DNA of 64,000 nt, taken from assembly GCA_047285305.1 (NCBI GenBank), contig JBJBDL010000003.1:1376001-1440000 (forward strand). The letters are read 5' to 3'. Source of the DNA: Synechococcus sp. (GTDB lineage: Bacteria; Cyanobacteriota; Cyanobacteriia; PCC-6307; Cyanobiaceae). The position numbers and the translations under genes were made by a program. Of the stretch, positions 60,723 to 64,000 are shown one piece after another. Every line of letters starts with the position of its first letter. The stretch's first letter is position 1. The notes beneath the pieces were generated by a model. It was not told the DNA's origin, did not search any database, and saw nothing but the letters and a program-made list of their open reading frames with translations.

Positions 60723-62888
60723 GTGACGGCAACCTTTCTTCTGGAAATCGGCACCGAGGAGCTTCCGGCCGATTTCGTCAGGCAAGCGCTTGACCAATTG
60801 CAGCAACGGGTGAGCCGTGATCTGCGTGAGGCAAGGCTTGGCCATGGAGCGGTGTCGGTGTTCGGCACCCCCCGGCGTCTGGTGGTCTCCGTCTCTGATC
60901 TGGAAGACCGACAACCCGATCTTCAGGAGGACCGCAAGGGCCCTCCCGTGGCTCAGGCCTTCAAGGACGGCATCCCAGGGCCAGCGGCGATCGGTTTCGC
61001 TAAGCGCTGCGGGGTTGATCCCTCAGCTCTTGAGCAGCGTGACACTCCGAAGGGGCCTTGCGTCTTCGCAACCGTGCTTACCCCCGGCCAATCCTGCGTT
61101 GAACTGCTACGAGGGCTGATCTCCCAATGGATTGATGCTTTGCAGGGTCGGCGGTTCATGCGCTGGGGCACCGGAGCCCAGCGCTTCAGCCGCCCCATCC
61201 GGTGGCTGCTGGCGCTCAAGGGTTCAGAGGTGATCCCGGTGGTGCTGGGCGGCGCTGACCCCGAGGTCCGCAGCGATCGTTTCAGCCGTGCCCACCGTCT
61301 CCATGGAGACGAGCCACTCTCCATCGCATCAGCGGAGCAGTTTGAAGAGACCCTTGCTGCCGCTGGCGTTGTTGTCGATCGTGAGGAGCGGGCCAAACGA
61401 ATTCGCACCAGCCTGGACCAGTCGGCTCAGGCCGCCAACGGAACTCCCGACTGTCCGGAGTCGCTGTTTGAGGAACTGGTGGATCTGGTTGAAGACCCGA
61501 GGATTCTCGAGGGAACCATTGCTGAGCGGTTCCTGCAGCTTCCTCCGGAGGTGATCAGCACGGTGATGCAGGCTCATCAGCGTTATGTGCCGCTGCAGGT
61601 GCCTGGTCTGGAAGCTGACCCGCTCCGACTCACTGCTGAGGCTGTGCTTCGGCCCCAGTTCCTTTTGGTGGGCAATGGCTTGGCTCCGGCGTCGTCCTTG
61701 ATTGTTCGCGGGAATGAACGCGTGCTTGGAGCTCGCCTGGCGGATGCAGAATTTTTCCTAGATGTTGACCGGCGTCAGTCCAGCGGATCTCGGCTTGAAG
61801 CCCTCGACCGTGTCACCTTTGCCGAAGGCTTGGGCAGTCTTCTGGACCGCTCCGAGCGAATCGAGCGGCTCACGGGCCTTCTGTTGAAGCAACTCGGTCT
61901 TGATCAGAGCGTGGTGGCTGCGGCCCAGCGTGCCGCTCATTTCTGCAAGAACGATCTGGTCAGCCAGATGGTGGGTGAGTTCCCAGAACTTCAGGGCCTG
62001 ATGGGGGGCAAATATCTCCTGGAGGAGGGAGAACCCCGCGATGTTGCTCTCGCTGTGGTGGAGCACTATCTGCCCCGGGGAGCCGGTGATGCTCTGCCCG
62101 CAACCTCCGCGGGAGCCGTTGTGGCCTTGGCGGAACGGCTAGAGCTGCTGCTCAGCATCTTTGCCAAGGGAGAGCGACCAACCGGATCCTCCGACCCCTA
62201 TGCCCTGCGGCGGGCCGGCAATGGTGTTGTGCAGATTCTCTGGGGCCTGGCCTGGCGCCTTGACCTCATGGCCTTCCTCAGCAACGCCGTGGAGGAGTGG
62301 GCTGCTCTGTTCCCGGCCTTTGCGGTGGATGCCAGCCAACTGCACAACGACCTCTGTCAGCTGATGCGGCAGCGGATCCTGTCTCAACTGGAAGATGACG
62401 GCTTTGCGCCTGATCTGGTGCAGGCTGTGGCTGGTGATGCCGTCTCCAGCCAGCGTCTGCTAAGTGATCCCCTGGATGTAAAACTGCGGATTCAACTGTT
62501 GCGTGACCTTCGTGACAGCGGTCAGCTGGATGCCGTCCAGGCGGTAGTGCAGCGAGCAGCGAAGCTTGCGGAAAAAGGTGATCTGGCACGGGATCAGCTT
62601 GTGGCCGGCGATGTGGTTGAGCCCGATCGGTTCGAGTCCGCCAGTGAGAAGGATCTGTTCGCAGCTCTGGAGCAGCTGCAGCCATTGGCTCAGCAGCGGT
62701 CGTATCAGGCGCTTGCCGATGCCCTCGTCGCGGCAACCCCGGCGCTCCAAGCCTTCTTTGATGGTGACACCAGCGTGATGGTGATGGTCGAAGATGCCGC
62801 GCTGAGGATCAATCGCCTCAACTTGTTGGCGGTCTTGCGCAATCAGGCTTCGGTCTTGGCCGAATTTGAATCTATTCAATTCAAATGA
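60723..62888 (+). CDS. glyS: Glycine-tRNA ligase beta subunit
   Basis: LLEIGTEELP, TPRRL, MRWG, EFPELQGLMG, TGSSDPYALRR. Confidence 0.97.
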   Translation: MTATFLLEIGTEELPADFVRQALDQLQQRVSRDLREARLGHGAVSVFGTPRRLVVSVSDLEDRQPDLQEDRKGPPVAQAFKDGIPGPAAIGFAKRCGVDPSALEQRDTPKGPCVFATVLTPGQSCVELLRGLISQWIDALQGRRFMRWGTGAQRFSRPIRWLLALKGSEVIPVVLGGADPEVRSDRFSRAHRLHGDEPLSIASAEQFEETLAAAGVVVDREERAKRIRTSLDQSAQAANGTPDCPESLFEELVDLVEDPRILEGTIAERFLQLPPEVISTVMQAHQRYVPLQVPGLEADPLRLTAEAVLRPQFLLVGNGLAPASSLIVRGNERVLGARLADAEFFLDVDRRQSSGSRLEALDRVTFAEGLGSLLDRSERIERLTGLLLKQLGLDQSVVAAAQRAAHFCKNDLVSQMVGEFPELQGLMGGKYLLEEGEPRDVALAVVEHYLPRGAGDALPATSAGAVVALAERLELLLSIFAKGERPTGSSDPYALRRAGNGVVQILWGLAWRLDLMAFLSNAVEEWAALFPAFAVDASQLHNDLCQLMRQRILSQLEDDGFAPDLVQAVAGDAVSSQRLLSDPLDVKLRIQLLRDLRDSGQLDAVQAVVQRAAKLAEKGDLARDQLVAGDVVEPDRFESASEKDLFAALEQLQPLAQQRSYQALADALVAATPALQAFFDGDTSVMVMVEDAALRINRLNLLAVLRNQASVLAEFESIQFK

Positions 62889-62975
62889 AGGCAGACCTGG
62901 TCTCTGCGGCTGAGCAGGGGCCAGCCGCTTTAGCCCCCAATATCTGATCAGGATGCGACCACCGCCCAGCAACCT

Positions 62976-63164
62976 ATGGTGATCCGCCAGGAAGGCGATG
63001 ATCTGGGCAGCATGATTGCGGCGGTGATCTTGGCTGCTGTCGCCGTTTACGCCATCAACGTCTGGTCATCGGCCAAAAAAGAAAATTCCCCCGCCAAGAC
63101 CATTGAGCAGGGAATTGAGCAGATCAAGGATGCTGCTGGAAAGGCGATCGAGTCGCGCAAATAA
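62976..63164 (+). CDS. Small single-TM hypothetical protein
   Basis: 62 aa; hydrophobic MIAAVILAAVAVYAINVW then a charged helical tail; fills the glyS-chlP gap. Confidence 0.55.
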   Translation: MVIRQEGDDLGSMIAAVILAAVAVYAINVWSSAKKENSPAKTIEQGIEQIKDAAGKAIESRK

Positions 63165-63213
63165 CCTGCAGCATTGTCAGTGGAGTTGGAGTGATGTTGG
63201 GAGCCGGCCTCCT

Positions 63214-64000
63214 TCAGGAGACGCCGGCCTTTTCCTTCGACTCGGAACCTTTGGAGTTCCCCTCCTTGGATTCGCCAGCCTGAGCCTTGATCTGCTGGGC
63301 CGCTTCCTCCGCCAGGAAATCTCCGTCGGAACGGCCAACGGCCGAAGGAACAGGGTTGTAATCGGATGGAGCCAGGGCCTCACCCCGGATCAGGCTGCCC
63401 AGGGTGCGGAGGGTGAGCTTGATCTGCTGCCAGGGGTTCATCATCACCACCCGTTTGTACAGGTAGCTGTCGAAGGTCAGCTTCTGCACGTCTTTGTCGT
63501 CGCACATCTCGACGAAGGCTTCCCGGGCAGCGTCGTTGCGATAAAAGATTCGCTGCAGGATGTCCAGCACCGCATAGGTGGCACCGTATTTGCGGTCCCA
63601 GCGCTTGAGGTAGGTCGACTTGATCTGCTTTTCAGTGGGAATGGAGGCACCGTTGTTGGAGATTTCCACAATCGCTTCGGCACACATCCGGCCGCTCTTG
63701 GCAGCGAAATAAATGCCTTCCCCGGAACTCTTGGTGACGTAGCCCGCTGCATCGCCCACCAAGGCCATACGGCCTACAACCCGACGCGGACGGGGGTGCT
63801 CAGGAATCGGATGGGCTTCCACCTTGATCACTTCGCCCTGGAACAGGCGCTTGTTGGCCCGCTCACGAATGCCCCTTTGCAGACCCTTGATCAGGCTCTG
63901 GTTCTGCTGCATGGTTCCCGTTCCCACGGCTACGTGGTCGTATTTGGGGAACACCCATGCATAGAAGTCGGGAGAGACGTCTGTTCCGACGTACATCTCA
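63214..64000 (-). CDS. chlP: Geranylgeranyl reductase (5' part outside the window)
   Basis: EMYVG.DVSPDFYAWVFPK, EAHPIPEHPRP, GDAAGYVTKSSGEGIYFA. Confidence 0.95.
   Translation of the reverse strand, partial: EMYVGTDVSPDFYAWVFPKYDHVAVGTGTMQQNQSLIKGLQRGIRERANKRLFQGEVIKVEAHPIPEHPRPRRVVGRMALVGDAAGYVTKSSGEGIYFAAKSGRMCAEAIVEISNNGASIPTEKQIKSTYLKRWDRKYGATYAVLDILQRIFYRNDAAREAFVEMCDDKDVQKLTFDSYLYKRVVMMNPWQQIKLTLRTLGSLIRGEALAPSDYNPVPSAVGRSDGDFLAEEAAQQIKAQAGESKEGNSKGSESKEKAGVS

Noticed and set aside
1..64000. CRISPR arrays, tRNA/rRNA genes, integrases, transposases, prophage or defence genes
   Set aside because: None seen by eye; intergenic gaps are short and the only repeats are coding (rlmB extension, pentapeptide protein)
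1..64000. HIP1 octamer GCGATCGC occurrences (e.g. near 5730, 7180, 13600, 14545, 27104)
   Set aside because: Only scattered copies noticed, not the dense pattern of HIP1-rich cyanobacteria; not formally counted

Overview
A GC-rich, gene-dense stretch of a cyanobacterial chromosome. Gene content and order (psb28, gun4, apcF divergent from glnA, pcyA, chlP, sipA, pam68, unsplit dnaE) point to a marine Synechococcus-type picocyanobacterium; this is inference, with no database search run. About 75 CDSs, nearly all core functions: replication and repair (dnaE, dnaG, ruvA, recG, umuDC), translation and RNA modification (gatA, rpsO, rpsB-tsf, glyS, rlmB, rlmH, rsmA, mnmH, tadA, Mini-III), metabolism (trpD, carA, ispE, pdhB, glnA, sir), secretion and transport (secDF, lspA, devBCA, ABC, AI-2E, bioY) and photosynthesis. 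I found no rRNA, tRNA, CRISPR array, integrase or IS element. Non-coding signals read directly from the sequence: a LexA box at umuD, a complete NtcA promoter at glnA, a t44-like rpsB leader and two intrinsic terminators. Several things fall below the ORF-track cut-off or are hidden by lesions: three microproteins (31, 59 and 51 aa) and three apparently disrupted genes (a secreted protein, a 2OG-Fe(II) oxygenase and yraN). The best candidates for undescribed biology are the uncharacterised genes around the LexA-controlled umuDC, a very basic 51-aa monocistronic protein upstream of rpsB-tsf, and a ~200-aa Arg/Gly/Asp repeat extension on RlmB. None of these is demonstrably a new system from sequence alone.
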